This document shows positions 13,141-27,200 of a stretch of 64,000 nt of DNA, in pieces. A program made the position numbers and the translations under genes. The DNA is from Dendrobates tinctorius (Eukaryota). Numbering within the stretch: position 1 is the first letter of the stretch; each line of letters begins with the position of its first letter. Location: assembly GCF_039654945.1 (NCBI RefSeq), contig NW_027361792.1, forward strand, positions 1 through 64,000, given 5' to 3'. The notes under the pieces are model-generated. The model searched no databases, had not been told where the DNA came from, and worked only from the letters and a program-made list of their open reading frames with translations.

Positions 13141-13865
13141 CCACAACTTGGGATACTGCACAATTCAACACTTTTTTCCCTTCACTTCTAGGAATGTCGG
13201 TCGTTTTCTCGGATCATGCGTCTGATGTGATTTTCACGAGCTCGGCTGAATTTTGTTTTTGTTCAAAAGGCCAGGACGTGTCTGTTTTTTTTTCCCTCTT
13301 TCCCATGGTGATGCACATTCCTTCACTCCTTTTTAACTCTGTACCCTGCAGGACCTGCATGTGGCTCTAGCATTTGCAAAACTACAAATCCCAGCATGCC
13401 TTATGGCAGTCAGGACATTCTGGGATCTATAGTTCTCCTAGAGCAGCGCAAGCAGTATATGCACTCTAGTCTGTACATGCACAGCAGAGATCAGACACCT
13501 GCATAGGGAAAGCAGCAGCTGGACTGTGAGGCGGAGGGATAATCATGGCGGTGCACCCCAATCATTGAGGTTACCGCAGTCCCGTCTTCTACTTTCAGAA
13601 GTGTCATCTGAGGAGTGCTGCTCCAGATGAAATGCTGCTCACCGGTCGCCCCGTGATCCTGCTGCTTTCTGTGTGATGATGTCTGGTCTATGGCAGCGTG
13701 GGTTCCCACGGGGGAGGTATTTATATGAATGGTGGTCAGTTTCCGTTCTCGTTGGCTCCTGCACCAGCTGTAAATACTTGTACATTAGTCTGGATGGATG
13801 ACCTGGGTTTTACAGTCTTCAGATTTATTTTTCCCCACTGTTCTCTGTAAATGCTGTAAATATTA

Positions 13866-13871
13866 AATAAA
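13866..13871 (+). terminator. FNBP4 polyadenylation signal AATAAA
   Basis: AATAAA about 730 nt after the stop codon, followed by a GT/T-rich downstream tract (TGTTGTCTCGTGTTTT). Confidence 0.7.
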
Positions 13872-14629
13872 ACGCATTTTTACCTGAGAAATTGAAATCT
13901 GTTGTCTCGTGTTTTAACCTTCGAACCGGCGATTAAGATGAGACCTGTGTGTTCAGTCCGGACGCCGCCAGGTATGAGACGACCTAGTGACTAAAGCTGG
14001 CCGGTTACCTGAAAGGTCCGGTGCGACACTGGCCGACTTCTCACCCCGCCTAGTGCAGAATTATGGCCCTGTACACTTGTGTGGGGTCGTAACATTGTCA
14101 GCATCGCTCTAATGCAGTGGTGAGTGGCACCATATAAGCCCTTATAGGCTGCGGGCCCATGGCCGTGCTGTACGCTTCCTCAGGGTCACTATGACTTGCA
14201 GCTTGATCGCCACATGATTTTGCAAAAAATCCAACCATTCCCCATCAGGCCACACTGACTGCCACGAGATACTACAGCCTGTGGCACACAACTGGTCCTG
14301 GTGAACAGAAACTAACCAAAACGCCAACTGCCTGTGCCACGTCCAGTCTGAAAAAGAAGTTGGCAAGGAGACGAGATGCCTTCAGTCCGATCCCTGAAAC
14401 TTCTGCGATCTCACCCTGTAGTTTCTGCAATTGTTCTCATGACGGACGACAGCAAACCACATGTACACGTCGTTGCTGCGCCATCACTTCCCGGTGGGAA
14501 CACCGCTCAGTGCTCGCAGCTTCTTGGGATCCGTATTCTGGGTGTGTCCCTGACGGATATCACCTTAGCATCTTTGCACATAATGAAGGAAACGCTTCAC
14601 AATCAGCCTCATTTTGTGAAGTGATGCAG

Positions 14630-14635
14630 TTTATT
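14630..14635 (-). terminator. Probable AGBL2 polyadenylation signal
   Basis: AATAAA on the - strand downstream of a candidate last exon (acceptor near 14823; donor near 15218, just after the stop). Confidence 0.45.
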
Positions 14636-15236
14636 GGCCGAGTACTAATAGGACTTTGATTCTTGAAGGATGATCTGTATCTGCGGCAGGACGGCTCCAG
14701 CCGTGATGGTATCGGAGGCCGCTGCTCCTGTGGTTAATTCTGCACAGGATGAGTCCGTTGATGCTGAGATCTGTTTCCACATCAGTAGTGTATGATACAG
14801 ATGGCATGCGTCACCCCGCTGGCTGCGGAAATAAAAATAAACCTGATAAAGCTCCTATGTTGGAGCAGGAACATCACTGCCAGAGTTTCTATCTGCACCA
14901 CGGAGAAAAGTGGTTGCATTTTATCAGACTGTTGCAGCGACCAAAAAAAACCAACAAAAAACGGAAGTCTGCTTTGGTCCCGTTCAACAGCGGCAACACC
15001 TACGGGATGGCCTATATGATTTTACAGCCGATCAGAACGGTGTTTGCTGAGCTGTCCTGCACATGACAGTGTGGCAAACACTGGATGTTTGGGGCCCCCT
15101 ATTCAAGTGAATGGGGTCCAGGTACTGTTCTGGTACACAAACTTTTTTTTCACTGCTCGGCCAAACCCGAACATCCAAGGGTCCGCCCATCTCCAGTGAC
15201 GGCTGCTCCACCGCTCACCTATCGATCAGTTTTATA

Positions 15237-18200
15237 CTACATGGCTCCTTTTACCTTGGATACTGTGGAGTCCTCTGAGGCCGTTGTAGTGAAGGACTCC
15301 GACTTCCTTACTTTTGGCAATGACCTGACAGAGTCTGACATTTCCTTCTTTGGCTTTGACAGAAAGTTATTCAAGTAGTCTGCAAATATGGAGAAAGGCG
15401 ACGTTAGGTTCCATGGGGGTGATTGGGCTCCATCACTGCACATGGCCGTTCTGGGTACTGGGCCGCACTCTTGCACCATGTGCCTCTGAGGCTTTTTCTC
15501 ACAGACCCTTACAAATCTGCAAGTCACATAAATGAAAAAAGAAAAATTACCAAGTGATGTACACGAACCACAGTTGATGAATGTGTATATAGAAAAATTA
15601 GTAAAAACCAAAGAGAATATAACGAAAATAATATTTATTATAAATTCAGACACAATATGTGACTACAATGAATAAAAAACATGTAAAAATGTTATAATAT
15701 GACAAAAGGAACCCGTGGGTGTATTAGTACTCTAATAGCATATTATGTTAATCTCACCACTGTACAGAAAGGGTAAATTCGGCGTATATAATAAAGTCCC
15801 CAAATACAGCAACAGAAATGTGTAAAAGTGCAAATAAAAATATATATATATATAAATGCAATAATGAAGTTGACAAATGTGACTATATCAAGATATATAA
15901 TGTGATACACTAAAAAGAAAAAATAATATATGAAAAGCACATATATTAATACAAGAGGTGAATAAACACAAAATGTGAACAAGGTTAAAACTACTGAGAT
16001 AATAAAGTGAAAAATACTGAACTCACAAAGGAGTGCTAAAATACGCAATACATGGGGAAATGCTTATATATACAGCTAGGACACTGAAACAATGAGATGA
16101 ATGCGGTATCAAGCCCTTTCTGAAATAAAATCCAGCGCACTCCATGCGCAATAGAAGAGAAATCCAGCGCTCTTATAGTACAGAAAGCATATGACCAAAT
16201 ATGTTAAAATGAGCTGCCATATGGCACTGGATATAGAGAGTGAGACAGCTAAAAAAGAAATTGTACAAGTAACTATGCAGTGAACAAGATAGCTGGCGCT
16301 CAATAGTAAAACATATAGCTCAATACAATAGACCGCCTTGTAGCGCTATGAAGTAAAAATGGGCCAGCAAAGAATGGCAATCACTCATATGGAGCAATGT
16401 ACATAGTGTCTAGCGCCCAAAAGAAAAATGCATATAACCAAACAAGGCATAACATGTTACCCAATAAGCTGGATAGGAGGCAGTGGTGAAGCACGGGTTA
16501 CCAGACGCGCCCCGACGCGCGTTTCGGAAGAACTCCTTCGTCACTCCATATGAGTGATTGCCATTCTTTGCTGGCCCATTTTTACTTCATAGCGCTACAA
16601 GGAGGTCTATTGTATTGAGCTATATGTTTTACTATTGAGCGCCAGCTATCTTGTTCACTGCATAGTTACTTGTACAATTTCTTTTTTAGCTGTCTCACTC
16701 TCTATATCCAGTGCCATATGGCAGCTCATTTTAACATATGCTTTCTGTACTATAAGAGCGCTGGATTTCTCTTCTATTGCGCATGGAGTGCGCTGGATTT
16801 TATTTCAGAAAGGGCTTGATACCGCATTCATCTCATTGTTTCAGTGTCCTAGCTGTATATATAAGCATTTCCCCATGTATTGCGTATTTTAGCACTCCTT
16901 TGTGAGTTCAGTATTTTTCACTTTATTATCTCAGTAGTTTTAACCTTGTTCACATTTTGTGTTTATTCACCTCTTGCATTAATATATATGTGCTTTTCAT
17001 ATATTATTTTTTTTATTTTTAGTGTATCACATTATATATCTTGATACAGTCACATTTGTCAACTTCATTATTGCATTTATATATATATATTTTTATTTGC
17101 ACTTTTACACATTTCTGTTGCTGTATTTGGGGACTTTATTATATACGCCGAATTTACCCTTTCTGTACAGTGGTGAGATTAACATAATATGCTATTAGAG
17201 TACTAATACACCCACGGGTTCCTTTTGTCATAGTATAACATTTTTACATGTTTTTTATTCATTGTAGTCGCATATTGTGTCTGAATTTATAATGAATATT
17301 ATTTTCGTTATATTCTCTTTGGTTTTTACTAATTTTTCTATATACACATTCATCAACTGTGGTTCGTGTACATCACTTGGTAATTTTTCTTTTTTCATCA
17401 ATACCGGATGGTCTGCCATCCAACCTTAAAGGAACACATTGCTAATGTATTAAATAGATAAATCATAATTTATATGTAGTTTATTATATATTGTTAGAGT
17501 GTTCTCTCTTTTTTTCTTAAGTCACATAAATGGTGGCATTCTTACAGCTGTGGCCTGACACGCGCCATGTCAGTAGAAATGATCTCATAGGCTCTGTTCA
17601 CACTGGCAGACCACTGATGAATGACTGTCATCACATGTGGTGGGATAATGTGCCATCTTCAGTCACCTGTGGTTCAGTAGTCAGATGGGACCAACGGAGA
17701 AGCCACAAGGAAGCGATGGGGGGTTTGGACTTGTGATATCAAGTGATAAAATGTTCCCGACCCTCTGTCCAGATTTGGAAAGGGAAATAAAGAGCAGGAA
17801 TCGGTGGCAGAATGGAGGTTCCGTCTGTAGTGAGCGGACATTTACCTGATGTCACTAGTGCGATCAGCGACTCCTGACACACGCGGCTGTTCCTCCGCAC
17901 CGTGGGGCTGAGACTCAGCTGCAGATCCACTGTGGAGGCTTCTACCTGTTTCTGTCTCTCCAGATTAGATGCAAAGCTACAAGTGTAAGAAGACGACACA
18001 TTCAGTGAGCGGACGTAAGCCGCCTGACAATCTGCCAATGTCGGCCAGGCCGCAGGTCACTAACTAATCACAATCTGACTACGTGTCCTCATCCTTCCCT
18101 ACTGGTGGCATCTTACCTGTAGGGTTTTGTTCCCACAGCCGGTACGAGAGGCCGAGATGTGAAGGACTTTTCTAAATGAGAGAAGATGGATGGAAATTAG

Positions 18201-21200
18201 AGCGCTGACAGCTTTATAAAATGCTCGATGGTTTGGGCCAAGGCGACTTGTGGTCACTTGTAATAATTGTGCACAACTGCACTGCACCTCCATGCGAATC
18301 AAGGCCGCATCCGACCGCCGCAGAGGGTGGGACCTGCACCCGACTAACGCAGAGAGCAGGACCCGTACCTGACCGCTGCAGAGGGAGGGCTCAGTATCTG
18401 ATCGCCGCAGAGAGCAGGACCCCCACCCGACCGCCGCAGAGGGCAGGTCAGTTCTTCGTGTAGTGGACGGATGCCTGTCAGCGTTCCTGCTTCCTTACGG
18501 GAAAAGCGAGTCTGGATCAAGGTAATTCCAGGATTTCTCTACATTGTGGTGACCAGATGGAGCCCCAGCCTCATCCCTATCACTTTAGCTCTATGGCCTT
18601 GACAGAGTAATTGTGAGTCCAGGTTAACAACAGCTGAGACAACATCAGAAGTCCCCGTAATCACATGAGGAGGGGGGCATAAAATCTGAAACTTTGGAAA
18701 TTTTGTTTTTCCCCCTATATAAGAACACTGACATTGAATCTGTATGCAATCCAATGTTTTACCGGGAGAAAACTTCCTTTCCCTCGTTTGTCTGGCTCCT
18801 AATTCCAACAGCCTAGCCAGTCCCCTTCACAGGTACGGCTGATTCACATATGGATGGTGGGGGGAGAAATGAAAAATGAGCCTTCGAGATGGCTCCCCTC
18901 ATGAACTTGCTGAAAAATGGGAAAACGGGAAACTAGCTCTATTTATCCCAATTGCATAATTGGGATCGGCACTGACCATGTGACGTTGATTAGACGGCAC
19001 TGACCATGTGATGCTGACCACGCGGCACTGACGCAGCTTTCAAATCGAATGTTTATCAGTAAGTTGCATGACTTTTCACCTGGTCACTGTGACATTACGA
19101 TCTTAACGATTCATACATAATGCAGTCACTAGGTTTGCACAGGTACCGGTGGGCTGTACCTCTGCCATCCATCAGTGGTCATGGGGGCAGTATGGAGCAA
19201 CCTATATGTCTCTGCCCACTACGCCAGAATGAGGATTTGTGTCCTGGTCACGTAGTTATTCGAAGGCAGCATGTAATTACCCGCTGAAGACATGTTGCGC
19301 CTACCTCGTTTCAGGACGTGATTGGAGACGTGGCTTCGGACATTATAGTCGAGTATGGCATGGAAAGGTGGGGGGTGCTGTCTGATACTGGAGGGGTCTT
19401 TGGAGCTGGCCCTCTGGATAACAGTGATAATGAGCGGAAGACGATTTCCACCAGCAGGTTCTCGGGTCTTGACGGTGGCATGCCGGGGACAGACGTGGTC
19501 AATGGAGGAGAAGTCACCTGAAAGACAAGAATTTGGGCATTTCTGCACATTATGCCCACCTTTAGGTCGCCATACGAGACCTGGCACACACATGGGCACA
19601 TGTCTCACCAACAAAGGATGTTGGGAGCCTGTTGATGAGCTGGGTCTTCACAGAGACAGACTCTGGTTTGCGGGCGTAGGACACGACGGGTCTTTCTGGA
19701 GATAGAAATAGAAGAGTCTGATGGTTGAAGAGGGTTTCAGAAGGAGATGATGCGGTTATCCATTACCTGCAGCCTGCACTGGAGATATTGGAACCACGTC
19801 CGGTTGTGATGAGGGACTTTCATGGGACTTTATCTGAGAAGAAGAAATTATAAACTATTACACCATAAAAATGCAAAACACAGGACGGCCTGTAGGTGGC
19901 ACTAGTGAGATCTTATCTCCTGCCTATGGAGCATTGCCAATCAGGGTCCATACACGTCAGAGACATTGCCCCCAAAGCAGCATCAGCTGGGTCTCAGCCA
20001 ACCAAACCCTGCTGTGCACTGATGAGGAGCAAGCACCTCGTAACAGCAGACGTGTCCCTGGGATAGCTAATGCCCCCAGACATGTCGGACACTGACATAT
20101 GGGGCACTCACCGTCACCAACCGACACAAACCTCCTGCTCCCTGCCACCATCACCAGCATTTCTTCTGGTTACTGGGACCTTCCAGCATAAGTGCGATGA
20201 AACACCTGATGTCGCAAGGTCACCCGTCAGGAGATCAATGGACGCTGGCAAGTAGGAGGTTTGCTGAGCTCTGCTCCGATGGCCACAGAGAACCAACACA
20301 GCAGCTGGACAAGTCCGGAGAATGGTTTTACTTAACTACAACCATACGCAGATGTAATTTACTCTAATTATAGTGAATCTTTAGAGAGATTGTTCGTGCA
20401 AACCCTGCAAAGTTTCACATTTTTATGCTGTAAAAATGGCCAAACCACCAATGTTGTGATTGCAGAACAGTCCTCAAACCAGTCCCCCCCGAAAGCTGCA
20501 TCAAGATCTCCAAACCAGTCCTCCCCAAAGCTGCATTAAGATCTCCAAACCAGTCCTCCCCAAAGCTGCATTAAGATCTCCAAACCAGTCCCCCCCAAAG
20601 CTGCATCAAGATCTCCAAACCAGTCCTCCCCAAAGCTGCATTAAGATCTCCAAACCAGTCCCCCCCCCCAAGCTGCATTAAGATCTCCAAACCAGTCCTC
20701 CCCAAAGCTGCATCAAGATCTCCAAACCAGTCCCCCCCAAAGCTGCATCAAGATCTCCAAACCAGTCCCCCCCAAAGCTGCATCAAGATCTCCAAACCAG
20801 TCCCCCCCAAAGCTGCATCAAGATCTCCAAACCAGTACCCCCCAAAGCATCAAGATCTCCAAACCAGTCCCCCTCAAAGCTGCATCAAGATCTCCAAACC
20901 AGTCCCTCCCAAAGCTGCATTAAGATCTCCAAACCAGTCCCTCCCAAAGCTGCATCAAGATCTCCAAACCAGTCCCCCCCAAAAGCTGCATCAAGATCTC
21001 CAAACCAGTCCCCCTCAAAGCTGCATCGAGATCTCCAAACCAGTCCCCCCCAAAGCATCAAGATCTCCAAACCAGTCCCTCCCAAAGCTGCATCGAGATC
21101 TCCAAACCAGTCCCCCCCAAGCATCAAGATCTCCAAACCAGTCCCTCCCAAAGCTGCATCAAGATCTCCAAACCAGACCCCCCCAAAGCTGCATCAAGAT

Positions 21201-24200
21201 CTCCAAACCAGTCCCCCCCAAAGCTGCATCGAGATCTCCAAACCAGTCCCCCCAAAGCATCAAGATCTCCAAACCAGTCCCTCCCAAAGCTGCATCGAGA
21301 TCTCCAAACCAGTCCCCCCCAAGCATCAAGATCTCCAAACCAGTCCCTCCCAAAGCTGCATTAAGAGCTCCAAACCAGACCCCCCCAAAGCTGCATCAAG
21401 ATTTCCAAACCAGTCCCTCCCAAAGCTGCATCAAGATCTCCAAGCCAGCCACCCCCCAAAGCTGCATCAAGATCTCCAAACCAGTCCCCCCAAAGTTTGC
21501 TAGTAGCCGAGCCCTGAGGCCAGTGAGTTCGGCATGTGGCCACTTATCGGCTGCAGTCGTGCGCTGGCTGCTAGTAAGTAAAGACATTTGCTTTCATGTC
21601 GCTTTGGGCCTAAATGGCGAACTTGTTGCAGGTCACCGATGAAGGTCAATCCAACACTGGGCCCGATTGACCCTATCTCATTGGTGGGGCGACATGAGGG
21701 TATGAGGGATCGTGCATGGACAGTGCCACCCGTGCCCATGGGCTGTGTCTGGTATTACACTTCCGTACAATTATTACACCATTGCAATACAGTCACTTCC
21801 AGTGCACAGGAGTGATGTGTCTGGGGAATGATGTGAACCCATTATTCTACACCCGCACAACTAATGAGCCAAGCATGAGATTTTTCAGAAAATGAAATCA
21901 TTTTACCATAGGAGACAAAATATGTGGTGGATCCTATAACTCACATAGACTATGTGGTGGGAGCACAGAAGCGCGGGGTCTGGAGACATCCGGTCACTTA
22001 CCTTCCGAGCCCTTTTCTCTACTTCTGTTTTACCAGAACTTTTGGAGGGGGAAGATTTAGCCGCCTGGTTAGATGGCTCAGCATCGTCCTGTAAAAATGG
22101 AACGAGACATTGCGATGAAAAGGTCGCATGACACAGTGACCAGGCAATATGGAGTCTGGTAAACTGCTGAAAGCGGATTGTAAGGAATGGAGCTGCAGGG
22201 AAGATGGTGCACACATCTGGACAGACAACGTAAGATCCGTCATTGGGAAGGTAAAGGGACTTATAATTGATGCCCTAACCTTAAAGGGACAGTCTCAAGA
22301 TGTTCATAAGCATAGACTGACAGTTCAGACCAGTGGCATGCTCACACTGCTGGTCCGTGCTGTGCGCTCTCCCAGGCAGCTCGCAGGGGCACGGAGGCTG
22401 GTCGGATCCAGCGATCGGGCCAGCTGCAGAGCGACGCGAGCAGGCAGTACAGCATAGAGCTGGCAGCTTCTTCCTTGAGCACAGAGGATTTCTAGTAATT
22501 ATAATTTTTTTTTTTTTTTTACAAGCAATTTTAACCATTTAAGAATGTAAGACAACCCCTCTTCAAGAAGGGCTGTCAATAGATGGGGTCTGATACCAAG
22601 GCCCTGATGATCTGCAGAACAAAGAGGCAATCGATCCATAGACACAGACCACCCAGTCACAGTTTAAGGGGTTCATCTAGAAAAAAAATTAAAAAATGCA
22701 GAATATGCAGAAATTAAGAAAGATCACCACCGGCTCTTGTTGCCCCCCACTGATCCAGCAGACACTTCACCGTCTCCCTTGTATTATCACCACCGACTCC
22801 TATTGCCCCCCCCCGATCCAGCAGACACTTCACCGTCTCCCTTGTATTATCACCACCGACTCCTATTGCCCCCTGCCGATCCAGCAGACACTTCACCGTC
22901 TCCCTTGTATTATCACCAGCGACTCCTATTGCCCCCCGCCAATCCAGCAGACACTTCACCGTCTCCCTGGTATTATCACCACCACCTCCTATTGCCCCCC
23001 GCCGATCCAGCAGACACTTCACCGTCTCCCTCGTATTATCACCACCGACTCCTATTGCCCCCCGCCGATCCAGCAGACACTTCACCGTCTCCCTGGTATT
23101 ATCACCACCGGCTCCTATTGCCCCCCGCCGATCCAGCAGACACTTCACCGTCTCCCTCGTATTATCACCACCGACTCCTATTGCCCCCCGCCGATCCAGC
23201 AGACACTTCACCGTCTCCCTGGTATTATCACCACCGGCTCCTATTGCCCCCCGCCGATCCAGCAGACACTTCACCATCTCCCTCGTATTATCACCACCTG
23301 CCGATCCTGCAGACACTTCACCGTCTCCCTCGTATTATCACCACCAGCTATTATTGCTCCCTGCCGATCCAGCAGACACTTCACCGTCTCCCTCGTATTA
23401 TAGAAAGAACACCGTGAGCACAACTCAAGATGGTGCTAAGGTTAGGTTCCCAAACCAGTAAAGCAACAAATATGAACCTAGCACTCAACTTAAAGGTATT
23501 TGTAAGGCGGTTTATTGTAGTACACGAAAAAAGACGTTTCTGTCAATGTGACCTTCTTCAGTTACGTGTGGTATATAGATTGTGTAGAGCTTATAGGCAT
23601 CTATCAGAAAGGACGATGGTGCTTTAGGCATTGAGGAGAATGATCTCTCTAAGGTAATGAGCTTGTCAGTATATAGGAGAGGGGAAAACGTGCCTCCAGA
23701 TGCGGTGTCCACCGGCCATGGACACAATCTATATACCACACGTAACTGAAGAAGGTCACATTGACAGAAACGTCTTTTTTCGTGTACTACAATAAACCGC
23801 CTTACAAATACCTTTAAGTTGAGTGCTAGGTTCATATTTGTTCCCTCGTGTTATCACCACCAGCTACTATTGCTCCCTGCTGATCCATCAGATGCTTTGC
23901 CGGCACCCTAGCTTTTACATGTAGAGGCGAGAATGACAGTAGATCCCTAACACAAATCACACAGAACGGAAGCATTCAGCAGATCACGTAGGAGCCCTCC
24001 ACTCCTGCATCGCGGGGTCTCTGGCTTTGTACCGTATGGTCACGTGACTTTGGTTTGTGCTTGGAGATGAGTTTCTGATACATGTAGTTCCTCTCCTTCC
24101 GCGACCGCAAGCGTTTTTTCTTCTGATAAAACTGAAAAGAGGGAAATTAAGAGGGCCACTCTGAAAGTAAGTAACACGTGTGTAAGTCAATATCTGAGCA

Positions 24201-27200
24201 CCAGAGAGCAGCAAGCCCCCGGTGGCAATACGTCAGTCGGATTATGTTTGGCGGCATAATCCAAGCAGCAGAATACAGATGCCATTTGTGACAACCTGCA
24301 TTCCTTCAGTTCAGACTGTGTAGATACAGACTGCCGTATACTGATGAGGGTTGTGCATTGCGCTGTCCTAACACCGGCTGCATTCAATGGCCATATACTG
24401 ACCAGGGAATCTAGGACGCATGTGGCTGCTTCTTAGCTCAGCACCTACAGGGAGTCTGCTGTGGTCTGAGACATTGGCTGAGACCGCTGCCTCTGGTCCC
24501 TCCTCTGCTTCTTGTGTCTGGTTGCTGTGTATAAACCAGTCACCCAATCAAAGTGTTTGGACTCTGGGGCTCCATATAATGAGGCAACAACCCCCGGGGT
24601 CAAGAACAAGAATTTGAAAGAAGTGCACTGCTCCCTGGGAAAAAGTATCCAAACTACAGTATCTGACCCTGTACAGAGCTGTGAAACATGAGGCAGTGAC
24701 ACCCATCTGATGGCAGCATGATTTTGGGGTTTTGCTCCTAATCCATACTGAGCAGGGTTCTGGTCCTCATGCTTCATGGCTCGATGAAGGCACCGATGAC
24801 AAATGAAAACTGTAGATGGGTGCTGCTAGTCCGAGCGATACCCTAGTCATGTCTCAAGGCTTTATAAAAAGTCAGACACTGACTTCCAGCTACACACCTA
24901 TAGGTGGCACTAGAGATAAAGTGCTATTCCTTCTGGAGGGGAGCTAATTTCCATCGTAATGAGATTTGATCAGGTTATAGCAGAAAATACTGCAGTGTTC
25001 AGACCAGCGATCCTCATCACATCTCGGCTGATATTTATCAGCTGTAATGCATCTTACAAAATCACATATTAACTTGACGGTAACGGGGTATGCACTAAAG
25101 GCGACATCGAGGCCAAACTGTGTGAACAGCCACATTGTCCACTGAAATCTAGTTCTCACCTTACTGGCCATGTGCAACAGATGTGCAGGGAGTCCGTCAG
25201 ATTCTGAACTATTGGATCCACTGGTGCTGGATGCGATATAAAGATATTAATGTCAGCAGCAGAGACTCCACTCTATACAATAATGCCTGACTCACACATC
25301 ACTATGTACAGTTGAAACCAGAAGTTTCCATCCACTATATAAAAAGACAGATCTGCAGGTTTTTTTTGGCAACATCTGAGTTAATTAGAGACACACCTGT
25401 GGATGTATTTTCATGCACACCTGAAACACACTGCTTCTTTATGTAGAATCATGGGAAAGTCTCAAGAAATCAGCCAAGATATCAAGAAGAGAATTGTGGA
25501 CTTGCACAAGTCTGGCTCATCCATGGGTACAATTTCAGGATACCTGAAGGAGCCTCGTTCATCTGTAAAAATATACACAAGTACAAAGAAGATGGGAATG
25601 TCCAGCCATCACACCGCTCAGGAAGGAGACGGGTTCTGTGTCCCAGACATGAACATTCTTTGATCCAACATGTGCATATCAACCCAAAGACAACAGCAAA
25701 AGACCTTGTGAAGATGATGGCGGGAGCTGGTAAGATTGTGTCCATATCCACAGTGACACGAGTACTGTATCAACATGGGCTGAAAGCCACTCTGCCAGGA
25801 AGAAGCCATTACTCCAAAAGAAACATAAAAAAAAGACAGATTCATGTTTGCAAATGCACACAGGAACAAAGACCTTACTTTTTGGAGACATGTCCTGTGG
25901 TCTGATGAAACTAAAATTGAACTTTTTGGGCATAATGACCATCATTACGTATGAAGGAAAAAGGAGAAGCTTGGAAGCCTAAGAACACCATCCCCACTGT
26001 GAAACACGGAGGCGGCAGCATCATGTTGTGGGGTTGTTTTGCTGCAGGAGGGACTGCGGCACTTCACAAAATAGATAGCATCATGAGAAAAGAAGATGAT
26101 GTGGCAATACTGAAGTAACATCTCAAGACATCAGCCAGAAAGTTAAAGCATGGGCAGAAATGGCTCTTCCAAATGGACAATGACCCAAAGCACACTGCCA
26201 AAATGGAAACAGTGGCTGAAGGATAACAAAGTCAATGTTTTGGAGCAGCCATCACAAAGCCCTGATCTCAATCCTATTGACATTTCATGGGCAAAGCTGA
26301 AAAGGCCGGTGCGAGCAAGGCGACCGACAAACCTGGATCAGTTACACCAGTTTTGAGGCACAAATTCTGGCCAACTATTGTGAGAAGCTTGTGGAAGGAG
26401 ATCCCAAACATCTAACCCAAGTCATTCAGTTTAAGGGCAATGGTACCAAATATTAATGAAATGGATGGAAACGTCTGACTTTGCTGTAAGTAATAAAAAT
26501 GCCATAAAACATTCTCTGTCTCATTATTCTCGCATTTGGCAAATATTAATAACTATGGTTATTCTAATTGGCCTAAAACGGGAAATGTTTATTCTGATTT
26601 CATGTCAGATATTGAGAAAAACATGAAGATGTCTTTTTAGATAGTGGATGGAAACTTCTGGTTTCAACTGTATAGATATAGCATATATTTATTATATACA
26701 TACATATTATTATTATCATACTTTTTTATAGCGCCATTTATTCCATGGCGCTTTACAAGTGAAAAGGGGCAAATATGGACAAGTACAATAAACGTGAGCA
26801 ATACAAGACACACATAAGTACTGGAGGACATATGCACCAATCTCGAAAGTTATGGTCTCACCTTGACTCAATGTCTGATAATGAGATGTCACTCAAATTC
26901 ACATCTGAATCGACATCTTGCCCGAGACGTTTCAACTTCTCTTTGATCTCCTGTTGCATAGAAGCACGGAGCTCCGACAAGCAAACCTGGAACTGGAGGA
27001 GAGCAAAAATTCAAAGGCTAAATACCAGGGGGATGCGAAGAGTGCCATAGTGACCACTGACATTACACTAGCATATTATAGATGTCCCACTAGGATAGAG
27101 GGCTGCCTTTACCTTTGTGTTGTCAGGATCGCAGTAGTCCAGCAGGGTGTCACAGAAGTGGTGACCCATCGACTTGAGGTCCCCTGTTGTAAACTGAGTG

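Noticed and set aside
15743-16892. Hydrophobic ORFs, including the twin [11 protein letters not shown] ORFs on opposite strands
   Set aside because: By-products of the AT-rich inverted repeat; no recognisable protein family.
24335-24385. Possible hammerhead (CTGATGAGGG...)
   Set aside because: Only the CUGAUGA box is present; no stem II closure or GAAA box follows.
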